DNA from: Longimicrobiales bacterium
Lineage (GTDB): Bacteria; Gemmatimonadota; Gemmatimonadetes; Longimicrobiales; Gaopeijiaceae
Assembly: GCA_965218295.1 (NCBI GenBank)
Contig: CBDCKN010000013.1
Coordinates: 1-64,000 of the forward strand
DNA length: 64,000 bases
Direction: 5' to 3'
The notes beneath the pieces were generated by a model that worked only from the letters and a program-made list of their open reading frames with translations, was not told where the DNA came from and did not search any database. Every line of letters begins with the position of its first letter. The first letter of the stretch is position 1. Both the position numbers and the translations under genes were made by a program. Of this stretch, positions 47,734 through 57,964 are shown piece after piece.

Positions 47734-48543
47734 TCAGCCCGGAGGCTCGTGATCCGAGTCCCGTAGGGACACAGGCGGGCCCAGGACCTCGGCCAGGATC
47801 ACGGCCTGCCGGATGCTCTCACGACCTCCGTGCGTCAAGGTGCGGCGCACGCTTCGCCCCTTCCGGGGCGTTCGAGAAGCCCGACCCGGGTCTTCATCCG
47901 GGTCCGACTCGCCTACGGCCTCGGCCGGCTCCGCCATCCCCCGCGAAACAGCCCGCTCGGGCACAGGCGGGGCGGAACGAGTGACCGCTCTTTCTTCGGT
48001 GCGGGCCAGCCGGTAGTCGTCCCAGATGAGAGGCTCGGCTCCCGCGTCGGGCACCGTCGGGTACGCCGGCTCCTCCTCCGAGGCCCACTCCACGTGGTCG
48101 TGATCCTCCACGTGCTGATGCTCGGGCCTCAGAGAGGTCTCCTCGGGCTCGGGCGCCCGCGCAGGCATGGGGCGCTCGAATCCCGACAGAGAGCCCTCGA
48201 ATCCCGACAGAGAGCCCTCGAACCCCGACGGAGAGCGCTCGCGCCCGGACGGGGCGCGATCCGCCTCGTAAGGAGCTCGGTCGGTGGCGGGGGGAGGGCC
48301 TCCCCTGGCCAGGGCAGCGATCTCCTCCCAGAGCTCGTCGGGAACCATCCCCTCGGACATCCGCCCTCTGGACGCCCGCTCGGTCTTCATCGAGTGGAGC
48401 CCACCCGCGTCCCCCACGCCCTCCCCTGGCCCAACCTCGCCGCGGCGCTGGGCCTCCTTGCGCTTCTTCCGGGCCGCACCGTCCATCATCGAGATGATGA
48501 TGAAGAACGCGATGACCAGAATCTGGATCAGGCCTGAGTCCAT
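47734..48543 (-). CDS. Low-complexity membrane-anchored protein (YqfB-like position)
   Basis: N-terminal TM, disordered middle with SGFEGSL repeats, C-terminal RQAVILAEVLGPP.SLR; third gene of the nfeD-floA operon. Confidence 0.7.
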   Translation of the reverse strand: MDSGLIQILVIAFFIIISMMDGAARKKRKEAQRRGEVGPGEGVGDAGGLHSMKTERASRGRMSEGMVPDELWEEIAALARGGPPPATDRAPYEADRAPSGRERSPSGFEGSLSGFEGSLSGFERPMPARAPEPEETSLRPEHQHVEDHDHVEWASEEEPAYPTVPDAGAEPLIWDDYRLARTEERAVTRSAPPVPERAVSRGMAEPAEAVGESDPDEDPGRASRTPRKGRSVRRTLTHGGRESIRQAVILAEVLGPPVSLRDSDHEPPG

Positions 48544-48576
48544 GAGGGCGCCCTCGAGAGTGTCTGGAGAGCCGCG

Positions 48577-49566
48577 CTAGGCCAACGGCTCGCTGGCGTC
48601 GTCGTCTCCACCGGCGATGGCTTTCCGCATGGAGGTGTCGGACTGGATGTTGCTGTAGCGCACGTAGTCCATGACGCCCATGTGGCCCTGGCGGAAGGCG
48701 TCGGCCAAGGCCAAGGGCACCTGCGCCTCGGCCTTCACCAGCTCCGCCCGCATCTCCTCGACCTTCGCCTTCATCTCCTGCTCGAGGGCCACGGCCATGG
48801 CCCGCCGCTCCTCGGCCCGGGCCTGGGCGACCCTCTTGTCGGCGTCGGCCTGATGGGTCTGGAGGTCGGCACCGATGTTCTTGCCAACGTCCACGTCGGC
48901 GATGTCGATGGAGAGGATCTCGAAGGCCGTGCCCGAGTCGAGGCCCTTGGCCAGCACCGTCTTGGAGATATCGTCCGGGTTCTCGAGGACCTGCTTGTGG
49001 GAGTCGGCGGAGCCGATGGACGACACGATGCCCTCACCCACCCGGGCGAGAATGGTGTCCTCGCCGGCGCCACCCACCAGCCGGTTGATGTTGGCCCGAA
49101 CGGTGACCCGGGCCTGGGCGATGAGCTGGATGCCGTCCTTGGCCATGGCCGCCACCTTCGGCGTGTTGATCACTTTGGGGTTCACCGAGACCTGCACGGC
49201 CTCGAAGACGTCCCGGCCGGCGAGGTCGATGGCGGCGGCCTGCTGGAACCCCATCTCGATGTTGGCTTTGTCGGCGCTGATGAGGGCCCGGACCACGCGA
49301 TCGACAGACCCTCCTGCCAGGTAGTGGGCCTCCAGGTCGTTGACGTTCAGCGGGATGCCCGCCTTGTGCGCCCATATCAGGGGGCGCACGACCGCCGGAG
49401 GGCTCACCTTGCGAAGGCGCATCCCCACCAGGTAGCCGATGCCCAGCTTCACTCCGGCCGAGATCGCCTCGATCCACAGGCGCACGGGCACGGCCCAGGC
49501 GACGACGGAGATGAACATGACCGCCCCGAAGAGGACGAACAGGCTGAAGATGTCGAGCTGCTGCAT
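48577..49566 (-). CDS. floA: Flotillin-like protein FloA (YqfA)
   Basis: [65 protein letters not shown]. Confidence 0.96.
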   Translation of the reverse strand: MQQLDIFSLFVLFGAVMFISVVAWAVPVRLWIEAISAGVKLGIGYLVGMRLRKVSPPAVVRPLIWAHKAGIPLNVNDLEAHYLAGGSVDRVVRALISADKANIEMGFQQAAAIDLAGRDVFEAVQVSVNPKVINTPKVAAMAKDGIQLIAQARVTVRANINRLVGGAGEDTILARVGEGIVSSIGSADSHKQVLENPDDISKTVLAKGLDSGTAFEILSIDIADVDVGKNIGADLQTHQADADKRVAQARAEERRAMAVALEQEMKAKVEEMRAELVKAEAQVPLALADAFRQGHMGVMDYVRYSNIQSDTSMRKAIAGGDDDASEPLA

Positions 49567-49667
49567 CGAGCGATCCTTTCAGTGAACCCGGACGGACGGC
49601 GGGTTGCGCCCCGCCGGCTCCTCAGGGTCGTGTCCTTGTCTTATTCCTCGTCTTATCCTTCCTGGTC

Positions 49668-51014
49668 TTATTCTTCCTGGTCGGCCATGGGTCGGACCAC
49701 GTGACGGTATCCCTCCGCAGCCACGATGCGGACCGGCGTCCCCTGCTCGATCCACTCCGACTCGGAGACGACATCGATGCGCTCATTGTCGAACAGGCCG
49801 ACCCCCGAGGGCCTCAGGTCCGTCATGGCGACACCCTCCCGATCGACCAGCTCGGGACGTGTCTCGGCCGACTCGTACCCGAGGGCCTTGTCCGTCCGGG
49901 TACCGAGGAGGATACCCGCGCGGTATAGCCGCGTGCTCTTGGGGAGGTGCCAAATGAGTGCCCAAGCGGTGACCAGAAGGAGCAGCAGGGTCGTGCTGAG
50001 CACCCCCCCTGCCCTGCTGAAGTCTTCCACGGTGGGCAGGCTGCCCAGGAGGCTCATATAGATCCCCGCCCCCACGCCGACGATGCCGATCAGCCCCAAG
50101 ACCCCGAAGCCCGGCATGAGTATCAGCTCGGCGACCAGAAACAGCACGCCGGCGCCGAAGACCAGAAGGTCCTCCCAGCCGGCGAGACCGAGGATCAGGT
50201 GGGATCCGAAGAACAGCGACAGCGACAGGAGTCCAGCGGCTCCCGCGAGTCCCACGGTCGGCGTCTTGATCTCGATGATGAGCCCCAGGAAGCCCAACGA
50301 CAGAAGGAAGGGAGCCACCATCGGATGCGAGAAGAAGCGGACGAGGCGCTCGGCCCAGTTCACCTCCAGGTCCTGTACTGCAGCACCGGAGAGCTCCAGA
50401 TCGTCCAGCAGCGTGTCGAAATCTTCCGTCTCCCGGGCGTATCCCAACCCCACGGCCTCTTCGGTGGTGAGGGTGAGGAGCTTGCCGGCGTCCACCACGT
50501 CGGGGATGGCCAGGGATTCGTCCACCATGGCCTCCGCCACCGCGGGGTCCAGCCCTCGAGCTTCGGCCAGTGCGCGCATCTCGCTCCGCATGGCGGAGAC
50601 GATCTTCTCGGAGGCCTTTTTTCCCGTCCCGTCGACCGGAGTGACCGCCCCGATCACGGAGCCGGGCCTCATGTAGATGCCCTGAGTAGCCAGAGAGATC
50701 AGAGCTCCCGCCGAGAAGGCGCGGCGATTCACGAAGGCGTAGACCGGAACCTGCGAGTCGGCGATGGCATCGGCGATGCGCTCCGCCGCGTCTACCCGAC
50801 CACCGGGCGTGTCGATGTCCAACACGATGGCTCGGGCGCCGGCTGCCTCGGCCTCCCGGATGGCGCGCTCGATGAAGGGCGCGAGCCCGAGCTCGATGAT
50901 CCCGGTCACGGGCACCCGGAAGACGGCGCCCCCCGCCTGGCCGAGGGCCATCGAGGGGAAGCTCAGCACCGCCCCGATCACCATGGCCGCAATGATGTGG
51001 ATTCTTCGCGACAT
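49668..51014 (-). CDS. nfeD: NfeD-family membrane protease (YqeZ-like)
   Basis: IDTPGGRVDAA, AFSAGALI, GKLLTLT..EA, TM bundle, TDLRPSG OB domain. Confidence 0.92.
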   Translation of the reverse strand: MSRRIHIIAAMVIGAVLSFPSMALGQAGGAVFRVPVTGIIELGLAPFIERAIREAEAAGARAIVLDIDTPGGRVDAAERIADAIADSQVPVYAFVNRRAFSAGALISLATQGIYMRPGSVIGAVTPVDGTGKKASEKIVSAMRSEMRALAEARGLDPAVAEAMVDESLAIPDVVDAGKLLTLTTEEAVGLGYARETEDFDTLLDDLELSGAAVQDLEVNWAERLVRFFSHPMVAPFLLSLGFLGLIIEIKTPTVGLAGAAGLLSLSLFFGSHLILGLAGWEDLLVFGAGVLFLVAELILMPGFGVLGLIGIVGVGAGIYMSLLGSLPTVEDFSRAGGVLSTTLLLLLVTAWALIWHLPKSTRLYRAGILLGTRTDKALGYESAETRPELVDREGVAMTDLRPSGVGLFDNERIDVVSESEWIEQGTPVRIVAAEGYRHVVRPMADQEE

Positions 51015-51177
51015 GTCTCTCTTCTCCCCCGGGGCTACGCGCTTCCCCCGGAGCTATGCGCTCTGACGGATACACTTAAAGTACGACGGGAAGCCTGCTC
51101 TCACAAAGCAGAGCCACCCCCCCCACCCCACTCCCCGAGTACCGAGGAGGCGGGCTCGTCGACCGCGGAGGCTACCG

Positions 51178-51915
51178 CTAGTCGGGCAGCTCTACCCCCA
51201 GGAGGAGGCAAGCGTAGTATGACCCACGGATCGCCCGGGCGTAATCACCGTCGTAGATCGCTTCTCGAGCCAGGTCGATGAGCCGTTCTGCCCGCCCCTG
51301 CATCTGCTCCGAGTACGAGTCATCGGCAGAAATCCTTCTGACTCCCCCCTCGGCAGATGCCAGCAGCTGAGCGGCCACGTGGGGTGGAGTCACTTCCAGC
51401 AGATAGTCGGAGGCCTGGAGGGCTGCGGCGAGAGACGATGCACCTTCGCGCTCCTCCGCCAGGATCCAGGCCCTCGTCAACATCTCACGAGCCGAATCTA
51501 GCCTGCGACTCAGCCGCTCCGGGATACCGATGGCGGAGAGTTGGTCGACCCGGGCCAGGGTCGAATCCATGTCGACCAGGAGCTTCTCCACGGCGCCTTC
51601 GCGGAGGCGTCCGAAGAGGACCGGCACCGCGTCGTCGTAAACCAGAGCGCGTAGCGCCCTCCCCTCCCGCGCTGGCAACTCCCAGGAGTCCTCCCACCGC
51701 GTAACCGGTCCCTCGTCGAGAATGCCTCCGGATTCGACCCAAACGTCCGCGAGGCTGGGCACGGCCCCGCCGAAGTCGAGAGCGGCACGGGTCTCCTGCG
51801 CCATGAGGGCCGCCATGGGATCGGAGACCGCGTCGGCGCACGCGCCGGCCGCCATCAGGGCCACCAGAAGAAAGGGTAGCGTCCGGGTACGAGAGGAAAT
51901 GGAGTTGATCGTCAT
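51178..51915 (-). CDS. Hypothetical lipoprotein
   Basis: Signal peptide ending AAGAC; helical mature part. Confidence 0.6.
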   Translation of the reverse strand: MTINSISSRTRTLPFLLVALMAAGACADAVSDPMAALMAQETRAALDFGGAVPSLADVWVESGGILDEGPVTRWEDSWELPAREGRALRALVYDDAVPVLFGRLREGAVEKLLVDMDSTLARVDQLSAIGIPERLSRRLDSAREMLTRAWILAEEREGASSLAAALQASDYLLEVTPPHVAAQLLASAEGGVRRISADDSYSEQMQGRAERLIDLAREAIYDGDYARAIRGSYYACLLLGVELPD

Positions 51916-51975
51916 TGTTCCAAGCTATCCAAGACCGGTTATCCGAATCAATTCTCGGAGCAGCGTCATATCCGG

Positions 51976-52004
51976 TTGACCCTCCTCAAAGCCCTCGGTA
52001 GCTT
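51976..52004 (+). promoter_or_regulatory. sigma70-type promoter of the TetR gene
   Basis: TTGACC-N17-TAGCTT followed by the imperfect palindrome CGTTCGAACGCTCGTCCG (possible auto-operator). Confidence 0.55.
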
Positions 52005-52079
52005 CTCGTTCGAACGCTCGTCCGAACTGGATGTTCCCCAGATATCCCCGTTTCTTTCCTCTTCCAGAAGGGGTGACCC

Positions 52080-52733
52080 GTGCAGCAGCAGCGGCACCGG
52101 TACGACGCCAAGCTCGCCAGGATCCTGCGTGAGTCTTCGGCGATCTTCGCGGAGAAGGGCTACGACGGTGCCGGCATCCGGGACATCTCGGCCGCCACGG
52201 GGGTCAGCCTCTCGGGGCTGTACTACTATTTCAAGAGCAAGGAAGATCTGCTCTTCCTAATTCAGAGACATTGCTTCGACACCCTGCTCGAGCGTCTCAC
52301 GGAGGATCTCGAGGGAGTAGACGAGCCGGTGGACCGCCTCGAGGTTATCGTGAGGAACCACCTGCGCTTCTTCGCCGACAGCATGTCCGAGATGAAGGTT
52401 CTCTCTCACGAGGCGGAGGCCCTGACGGGTGAGTACCGCCGCCAGATCGCCGCCTGGAAGCGGGAGTACGTGAGTGCCGTTCAGGCGTGCGTGGATCAGG
52501 TAGCTCCCGACCGCGACCCGGCGGATCGCCGGGTGGCCACCTTCGCGCTCTTCGGGATGATGAACTGGATCTACACCTGGTACCGACCGGGAAGAGACGT
52601 CTCGGTGGATCGGCTGAGCTCCACCATACTCCAGATCTTTCTCGGGGGGGTCGGGACCCCTCATGGGGTGGAGAGCCACGCGGATCGGAGGGCGCCCGAC
52701 GGTGGGAAAACCTCCAAGCGGATGGAGCAATGA
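52080..52733 (+). CDS. TetR/AcrR family regulator
   Basis: FAEKGY….IRDISAATGVSLSGLYYYFKSKEDLL; GMMNW.YTWYRP. Confidence 0.92.
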   Translation: MQQQRHRYDAKLARILRESSAIFAEKGYDGAGIRDISAATGVSLSGLYYYFKSKEDLLFLIQRHCFDTLLERLTEDLEGVDEPVDRLEVIVRNHLRFFADSMSEMKVLSHEAEALTGEYRRQIAAWKREYVSAVQACVDQVAPDRDPADRRVATFALFGMMNWIYTWYRPGRDVSVDRLSSTILQIFLGGVGTPHGVESHADRRAPDGGKTSKRMEQ

Positions 52734-52843
52734 TTCGAGGGAAGGTGCCGACTCGCGGCACCACTCATTGTGTTATCGTTTCTGGCTGAGCCCGAGAACC
52801 GAACGAGAACCACAGGAGAACCACAAAGGAGCCAGGATAGGAG

Positions 52844-53644
52844 ATGACGGACAAGACACTGATCCAATACGACGTTCAGGACGGCGTGGCGGTTCTCACT
52901 CTCGACGACCCGCCCGCGAACACGTACACCCACGAGATGATGGTCCAGCTCGACCAGGCCATTTTACGCGCCCGCTTCGACGAGGACGTGGAGGTGATCG
53001 TGGTCACGGGAGCAGGCGAGAAGTTTTTCTGCGCCGGAGCCAACATCCAGATGCTCTCTGAGGTCACCTCGGGCTTCAAGTACTGCTTTTGCCTCCACGC
53101 CAACGAGACGCTGAACCGCTTCGAGCACACGCCGAAGCTGGTCATCGGCGCCCTCAACGGGCACACCGTGGGCGGCGGACTGGAGATCGCCATGGCCTGC
53201 GACATCAGGGTGGCCCGTAAGGACGGGGGACAGTGCGGCCTTCCCGAGGTGGCCCTCGGCGTGCTCCCCGGCACGGGCGGTACGCAGCGGCTCGTCCGCA
53301 TCGTCGGGAAGTCGAAGGCCATCGAGCTCATGGCGGCCGGAGAGACTTTCGGCTTCGACCGGGCTCTGGAGCTGGGCCTCGTCAACCAAGTGATCGACGC
53401 CGAAGACCACGACGACTTCCAGGCGAAGGTCATGGAGTACGTGAAGCAGTTCACGACCCCTAACAAGGCCGTGAGAGCCGTCGGCAACATCAAGCGCTCC
53501 GTCCAGACCGGCTCCGAGCTGCCCTTCGAGCTGGCCTTGACTCTGGAGCGGGAGCTCCAGCAGCAGCTCTTCCAGAGCGAGGACGCCAAGGAGGGCCTGT
53601 CCGCCTACATGGAAAAGCGTAAAGCCGAGTTCACGGGCAAGTAA
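52844..53644 (+). CDS. Enoyl-CoA hydratase/isomerase family protein
   Basis: FCAGAN, GGGLEIAMACDIR, LPEVALGVLPGTGGTQRL. Confidence 0.93.
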   Translation: MTDKTLIQYDVQDGVAVLTLDDPPANTYTHEMMVQLDQAILRARFDEDVEVIVVTGAGEKFFCAGANIQMLSEVTSGFKYCFCLHANETLNRFEHTPKLVIGALNGHTVGGGLEIAMACDIRVARKDGGQCGLPEVALGVLPGTGGTQRLVRIVGKSKAIELMAAGETFGFDRALELGLVNQVIDAEDHDDFQAKVMEYVKQFTTPNKAVRAVGNIKRSVQTGSELPFELALTLERELQQQLFQSEDAKEGLSAYMEKRKAEFTGK

Positions 53645-55101
53645 TGTCCGACGGCATGGACGGACGGCTCTGGATCGGGAACGCTAGGGTGGACGCGGCC
53701 TCGGGCCGCACCTTCGACACCCTCAATCCGGCCACGGGTGAGTCCATGGCATCCGTGGCCGAGGGCGCGGAAGCCGACATCGGGCGGGCTGTGGCGGAGG
53801 CCCGGTCGGCCCTGGTCTCCCCCGAGTGGCGGGGGATGGATGCGCACAGGCGAGCCCAGATTCTGTGGCGCCTCAGCGACCTCATCGAGGAGCACGTAGA
53901 CGAGCTCGGTGAGATGGAGACCCGGGACAACGGGAAGCCCATCTTCGAATCGCGGCAGGTGGATCTCCCCAGCGTGGTGGAGAACTTCCGTTACTTCGCC
54001 GGGCTGGCGAACAAGATCCAGGGCGAGACCATTCCGGTCAAAGGCCCGTTCCTGAACTACACCCTGCGGGAGCCGGTGGGCGTGGTGGGGTGCATCGTGC
54101 CCTGGAACTTCCCGCTCTCCCTGGCCACGTGGAAGGTGGCGCCGGCCCTGGCGTGCGGTAACACCGTCGTGCTTAAGCCGGCAGAGGAGACCCCCCTCAC
54201 CGCCCTCCGACTCGGAGAGCTGGCGGCCGAGGCGGGTCTGCCGACCGGCGTGCTGAATGTGGTTCCCGGCTTCGGTGAGACGGCGGGGGCGGCCTTGGTC
54301 AGGCATCCGGGTGTGGATGCCATCGCCTTCACCGGGTCCACCGAAGTGGGCAAGATCGTCATGCGCGAGGCCGCCGACACGCTTAAGAGGGTCTCGCTAG
54401 AGCTGGGCGGTAAGTCCCCCAATATCGTATTCGCCGACGCCGACCTGGCCGCAGCGGTTCGGGGTGCCACCACGGGCATCTTCTACGGGAAGGGAGAAGT
54501 GTGCGCGGCGGGGTCACGTGTCCTGGTAGAGCGGGCCATCTACGACGAGTTCATAGATGCGTTCGCCGCCCGGGCCGAGAAGATGACGGTGGGGGACCCC
54601 ATGGGTCCCAAGACCCGCCTCGGAGCCATCGTGTCGGAGGCGCAGCTCGAGCGGGTGCTCGGCTACATCGACGTGGGCAAGTCGGACGGGGCCCGCCTGG
54701 TGACCGGAGGCGAGCGCACCCAGGTGGATGGCCGGGGTAACTTCATCACGGCCACCGTCTTCGCGGACGTGGACGCCGACATGCAGATCGCCCAGGAGGA
54801 GATCTTCGGGCCCGTCGCCGCCGTCATCCCCTTCGATGACATGGCGGACGCCATCGAGAAGGCCAACCGCACCATCTACGGCCTGGCGGCCGGAGTGTGG
54901 ACCCGCGACGTGGGTAAGGCACATCGAGTGGCGGCGGAAGTGCAGGCCGGCACCGTCTGGGTCAACACCTACAATCAGTACGACTCCGCCTCTCCCTTCG
55001 GCGGCCTCAAGCAGAGCGGCTTCGGCCGCGACCTCGGATATCAGGCCGCCCTCGACAAGTACACCCAGACCAAGAGCGTCTGGGTTGCGCTGGATCGGTG
55101 A
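53644..55101 (+). CDS. NAD-dependent aldehyde dehydrogenase
   Basis: PWNFP, FTGSTEVG, LELGGKSP, GEVCAAGSR, EEIFGP. Confidence 0.96.
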   Translation: MSDGMDGRLWIGNARVDAASGRTFDTLNPATGESMASVAEGAEADIGRAVAEARSALVSPEWRGMDAHRRAQILWRLSDLIEEHVDELGEMETRDNGKPIFESRQVDLPSVVENFRYFAGLANKIQGETIPVKGPFLNYTLREPVGVVGCIVPWNFPLSLATWKVAPALACGNTVVLKPAEETPLTALRLGELAAEAGLPTGVLNVVPGFGETAGAALVRHPGVDAIAFTGSTEVGKIVMREAADTLKRVSLELGGKSPNIVFADADLAAAVRGATTGIFYGKGEVCAAGSRVLVERAIYDEFIDAFAARAEKMTVGDPMGPKTRLGAIVSEAQLERVLGYIDVGKSDGARLVTGGERTQVDGRGNFITATVFADVDADMQIAQEEIFGPVAAVIPFDDMADAIEKANRTIYGLAAGVWTRDVGKAHRVAAEVQAGTVWVNTYNQYDSASPFGGLKQSGFGRDLGYQAALDKYTQTKSVWVALDR

Positions 55102-56300
55102 GCGGAGTGAAGGCGGCATGGATCATTGATGCCGTGCGCACCCCCATCGGCAGGCACGGGGGGGCGCTGGCCGGCGTCCGGCCCGACGATCTCGCGGCAC
55201 ACGCCATCCGTGCGCTCGTGGACCGGACGGGCGTGGACCCGGCGGAAGTGGACGACGTCCTCATGGGGTGTATCAACCAGGCGGGCGAGGACAATCGTAA
55301 CGTCGCCCGCATGGCGCTCCTCCTGGCCGGACTCCCCGTCAGCGTGCCAGGTGTCACGGTCAATCGACTGTGCGGCTCGGGCCTGCAGGCAGTGAACTCG
55401 GCTTTTCAGGCCATCCAGGCGGGTGAAGGAGAGATCTTCATCGCCGGCGGTGTGGAGAGCATGAGCCGCTCGCCCTTCGTGATGCTCAAGCCCGAGCACT
55501 CGTATGCCAGAGGGCATCCCCAGACTGCCGACACGGTTCTGGGGTGGCGCTTCACGAACCCGGCACTGCCCAGCCATTGGACCATCGGCCTCGGTGAGAC
55601 CGCAGAGGTGGTGGCCGAGGAGTTCGGCATCGGCCGAGACGAACAAGACGCCTTCGCCGCCGAAAGTCAGAGGCGGGCCGGAGAGGCCATGGAGGCGGGC
55701 CGCTTCGCCGCCGAGATCGCTCCGGTGGAGATTCCCCAGCGGAAGGGCGACCCGCTGGTCGTGGATCAGGACGAGCACCCGCGGCCCGGCACCACAGTTG
55801 AGGATCTTGCTCGGCTCCGTCCGGTGTTCAAGGAGGACGGCACCGTCACCGCCGGGAACGCCTCGGGGATCAACGACGGAGCCGCGGCCCTGTTGGTGGT
55901 GGAAGAGAGCCGCGCTCGGAGCCTTGGCATGGAGCCTCTGGCCCGGATCGTGGCCACGGGCGTGGCCGGGGTGGAGCCCCATCGCATGGGCATTGGGCCC
56001 GTTCCAGCGGGACGTCTTGCGTTGGAGCGTGCGGGAATGGGAGCCGGCGACCTCGACTTGGTCGAGCTCAACGAGGCCTTCGCCGCCCAGGCGCTTCCCT
56101 GCGTTAAGGAGCTCGATCTGGATCCGGCAAGGGTGAACGTGAACGGGGGGGCCATCGCCCTCGGGCATCCCGTGGGTTGCTCTGGAGCCCGCATCCTTAC
56201 AACCCTTGTGCATGAGATGTCGAGACGCGAAGCCGCCACGGGAATGGCGACGATGTGCATCGGTGTCGGGCAGGGAATCGCTACGGTAGTGTCGAAATGA
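55098..56300 (+). CDS. Thiolase (PcaF/PaaJ-like)
   Basis: NQAGEDNRNVARM, NRLCGSG, NEAFAAQ, GGAIALGHP, MCIGVGQG. Confidence 0.93.
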   Translation: MSGVKAAWIIDAVRTPIGRHGGALAGVRPDDLAAHAIRALVDRTGVDPAEVDDVLMGCINQAGEDNRNVARMALLLAGLPVSVPGVTVNRLCGSGLQAVNSAFQAIQAGEGEIFIAGGVESMSRSPFVMLKPEHSYARGHPQTADTVLGWRFTNPALPSHWTIGLGETAEVVAEEFGIGRDEQDAFAAESQRRAGEAMEAGRFAAEIAPVEIPQRKGDPLVVDQDEHPRPGTTVEDLARLRPVFKEDGTVTAGNASGINDGAAALLVVEESRARSLGMEPLARIVATGVAGVEPHRMGIGPVPAGRLALERAGMGAGDLDLVELNEAFAAQALPCVKELDLDPARVNVNGGAIALGHPVGCSGARILTTLVHEMSRREAATGMATMCIGVGQGIATVVSK

Positions 56301-57163
56301 CGGCTCCCTTCGAGCGAGTGTCGATCCTCGGCGCGGGCACCATGGGGCATGGGATCGCACACGTGTGCGCCGCCGCCGGGATCCACACGGTGCTGTACGA
56401 CATCGATCTGGCTGCCGTGGAGGCCGGGGTGGACCGCATCCGGGCCAACCTGGACAAAGGCGTGTCCCTGGAGAAGCTCACGCCGGAGGAGCGGGACGCC
56501 ACGCTCGGTCGGATCAGGCTGAGCTCCGAGCTCGCTTACACCCTGAAGGACACCCCCCTGGTCATCGAGGCGACCCCAGAGTCCGTGGAGATCAAACTGA
56601 ATCTCTTCCGCCTCGTGGAGGAGAGGGTGGGCGAAGACACGATCTTCGCGACGAACACGTCGTCGCTGAGCATCTCCAGGCTGGCCGGCGATCTGGGGTC
56701 CCCCGAGCGTTTCGTCGGCATGCACTTCTTCAATCCGGTCCACATCATGGAGCTCGTGGAGGTGGTCACGGGTGACCAAACCTCGAGGGAGACCGCACGG
56801 CTTGCCGTGGAGTTCGTCCGCTTCATCGGCAAGGAGCCCATCGTTGTGAAGGACTCCCCGGGATTCGCCTCGTCACGGCTCGGGATCGTCCTGGGCCTCG
56901 AGGCCATCCGGATGGTAGAGGCCGGGGTGGCCAGCCCGGCGGACATCGACAAAGCCATGATGCTGGGCTATCGGCATCCAATGGGTCCCCTCAAGCTCAC
57001 CGACCTGGTCGGCCTCGACGTTCGCCTGGACATCGCCCAGTACCTACACCGTACGCTGGAGACCGAGGCCTTTCGTCCGCCGGACCTGCTCAGGAGCATG
57101 GTCGCCGAAGGCAAGCTCGGCAAAAAAACGGGCGAGGGCTTCTACCGCTGGGACAAGGAATGA
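56297..57163 (+). CDS. 3-hydroxyacyl-CoA dehydrogenase
   Basis: GAGTMGHGIA, ATNTSSLSI, GMHFFNP, HPMGPL.L.DLVGLD, GKLGKKTGEGFY. Confidence 0.95.
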   Translation: MTAPFERVSILGAGTMGHGIAHVCAAAGIHTVLYDIDLAAVEAGVDRIRANLDKGVSLEKLTPEERDATLGRIRLSSELAYTLKDTPLVIEATPESVEIKLNLFRLVEERVGEDTIFATNTSSLSISRLAGDLGSPERFVGMHFFNPVHIMELVEVVTGDQTSRETARLAVEFVRFIGKEPIVVKDSPGFASSRLGIVLGLEAIRMVEAGVASPADIDKAMMLGYRHPMGPLKLTDLVGLDVRLDIAQYLHRTLETEAFRPPDLLRSMVAEGKLGKKTGEGFYRWDKE

Positions 57164-57939
57164 GCGACGCACCCCTTCTCGTCGAGCGTGAAGGCGCCCT
57201 CGGTATCCTCGCGCTGAACCGCCCCGACAAGCTCAACGCGCTGAACCAGGACGTTCGTCAGCGTATAAAGGACGCGCTCCACGACCTGGCCCACGATCCG
57301 GACATCAAAGTGGCCATCATCCACGGACAGGGTGACAAAGCCTTCATCGCCGGAGCGGATGTCTCCGAATCCGCGTCACGGACGGCGGCGGAGCAGCGCG
57401 AGCTCTACCAGCACCCACGGGTATACGACGTGACGGCGGCCTTGCCCAAGCCCTTGATCGCCGCGATCCACGGATTCTGCGTCGGCGGCGGGTGCGAGCT
57501 GGCACTGGCCTGCGACGTCCGGGTGGCCGACCGGACCGCCCGGTTCAGTCAGGCCGAGATCCGCCTTGGCCTGATTCCCGGGGCGGGCGGAACCCAGCGC
57601 CTCGCCCGGCTGGTGGGAGCGGGTCAGGCCATGCGCATCGCCCTCACCGGCGACTTCATCGACGCCGAGGAGGCGTTCCGCATCGGGCTGGTGGAGTTCC
57701 TGGTCGACGACGGCCAGCACGTGGAGAAAGCCCGCGAGCTGGCCGGCCGCATGGCCCGCTGGAGCCCCGTGGCCCTGCGCCTGGTCAAGCAGTCCGTACA
57801 AGCCGCCCTCGAGACCCCCCTCTCCGCCGGGCTGGAATTGGAGCGGGAGCTCTTCCTGTCGGCCTTCGCCAGTGAGGACGGACGCGAGGGCGTGCAGGCA
57901 TTCGTGGAGAAGCGGAAGCCCGAATTCAAGGGCCGATGA
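57160..57939 (+). CDS. Enoyl-CoA hydratase (PaaF-like)
   Basis: LNRPDKLNAL, AFIAGAD, GGGCELALACD, GLIPGAGGTQRL. Confidence 0.93.
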   Translation: MSDAPLLVEREGALGILALNRPDKLNALNQDVRQRIKDALHDLAHDPDIKVAIIHGQGDKAFIAGADVSESASRTAAEQRELYQHPRVYDVTAALPKPLIAAIHGFCVGGGCELALACDVRVADRTARFSQAEIRLGLIPGAGGTQRLARLVGAGQAMRIALTGDFIDAEEAFRIGLVEFLVDDGQHVEKARELAGRMARWSPVALRLVKQSVQAALETPLSAGLELERELFLSAFASEDGREGVQAFVEKRKPEFKGR

Positions 57940-57964
57940 AGCGCCCACCCCTGGAGTCACCCTC

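Noticed and set aside
2627..51281. Long antisense or alternate-frame ORFs (e.g. 2627-4087, 17622-18794, 49947-51281, 55041-56360)
   Set aside because: Shadows of real genes, expected at high GC; no recognisable motifs.
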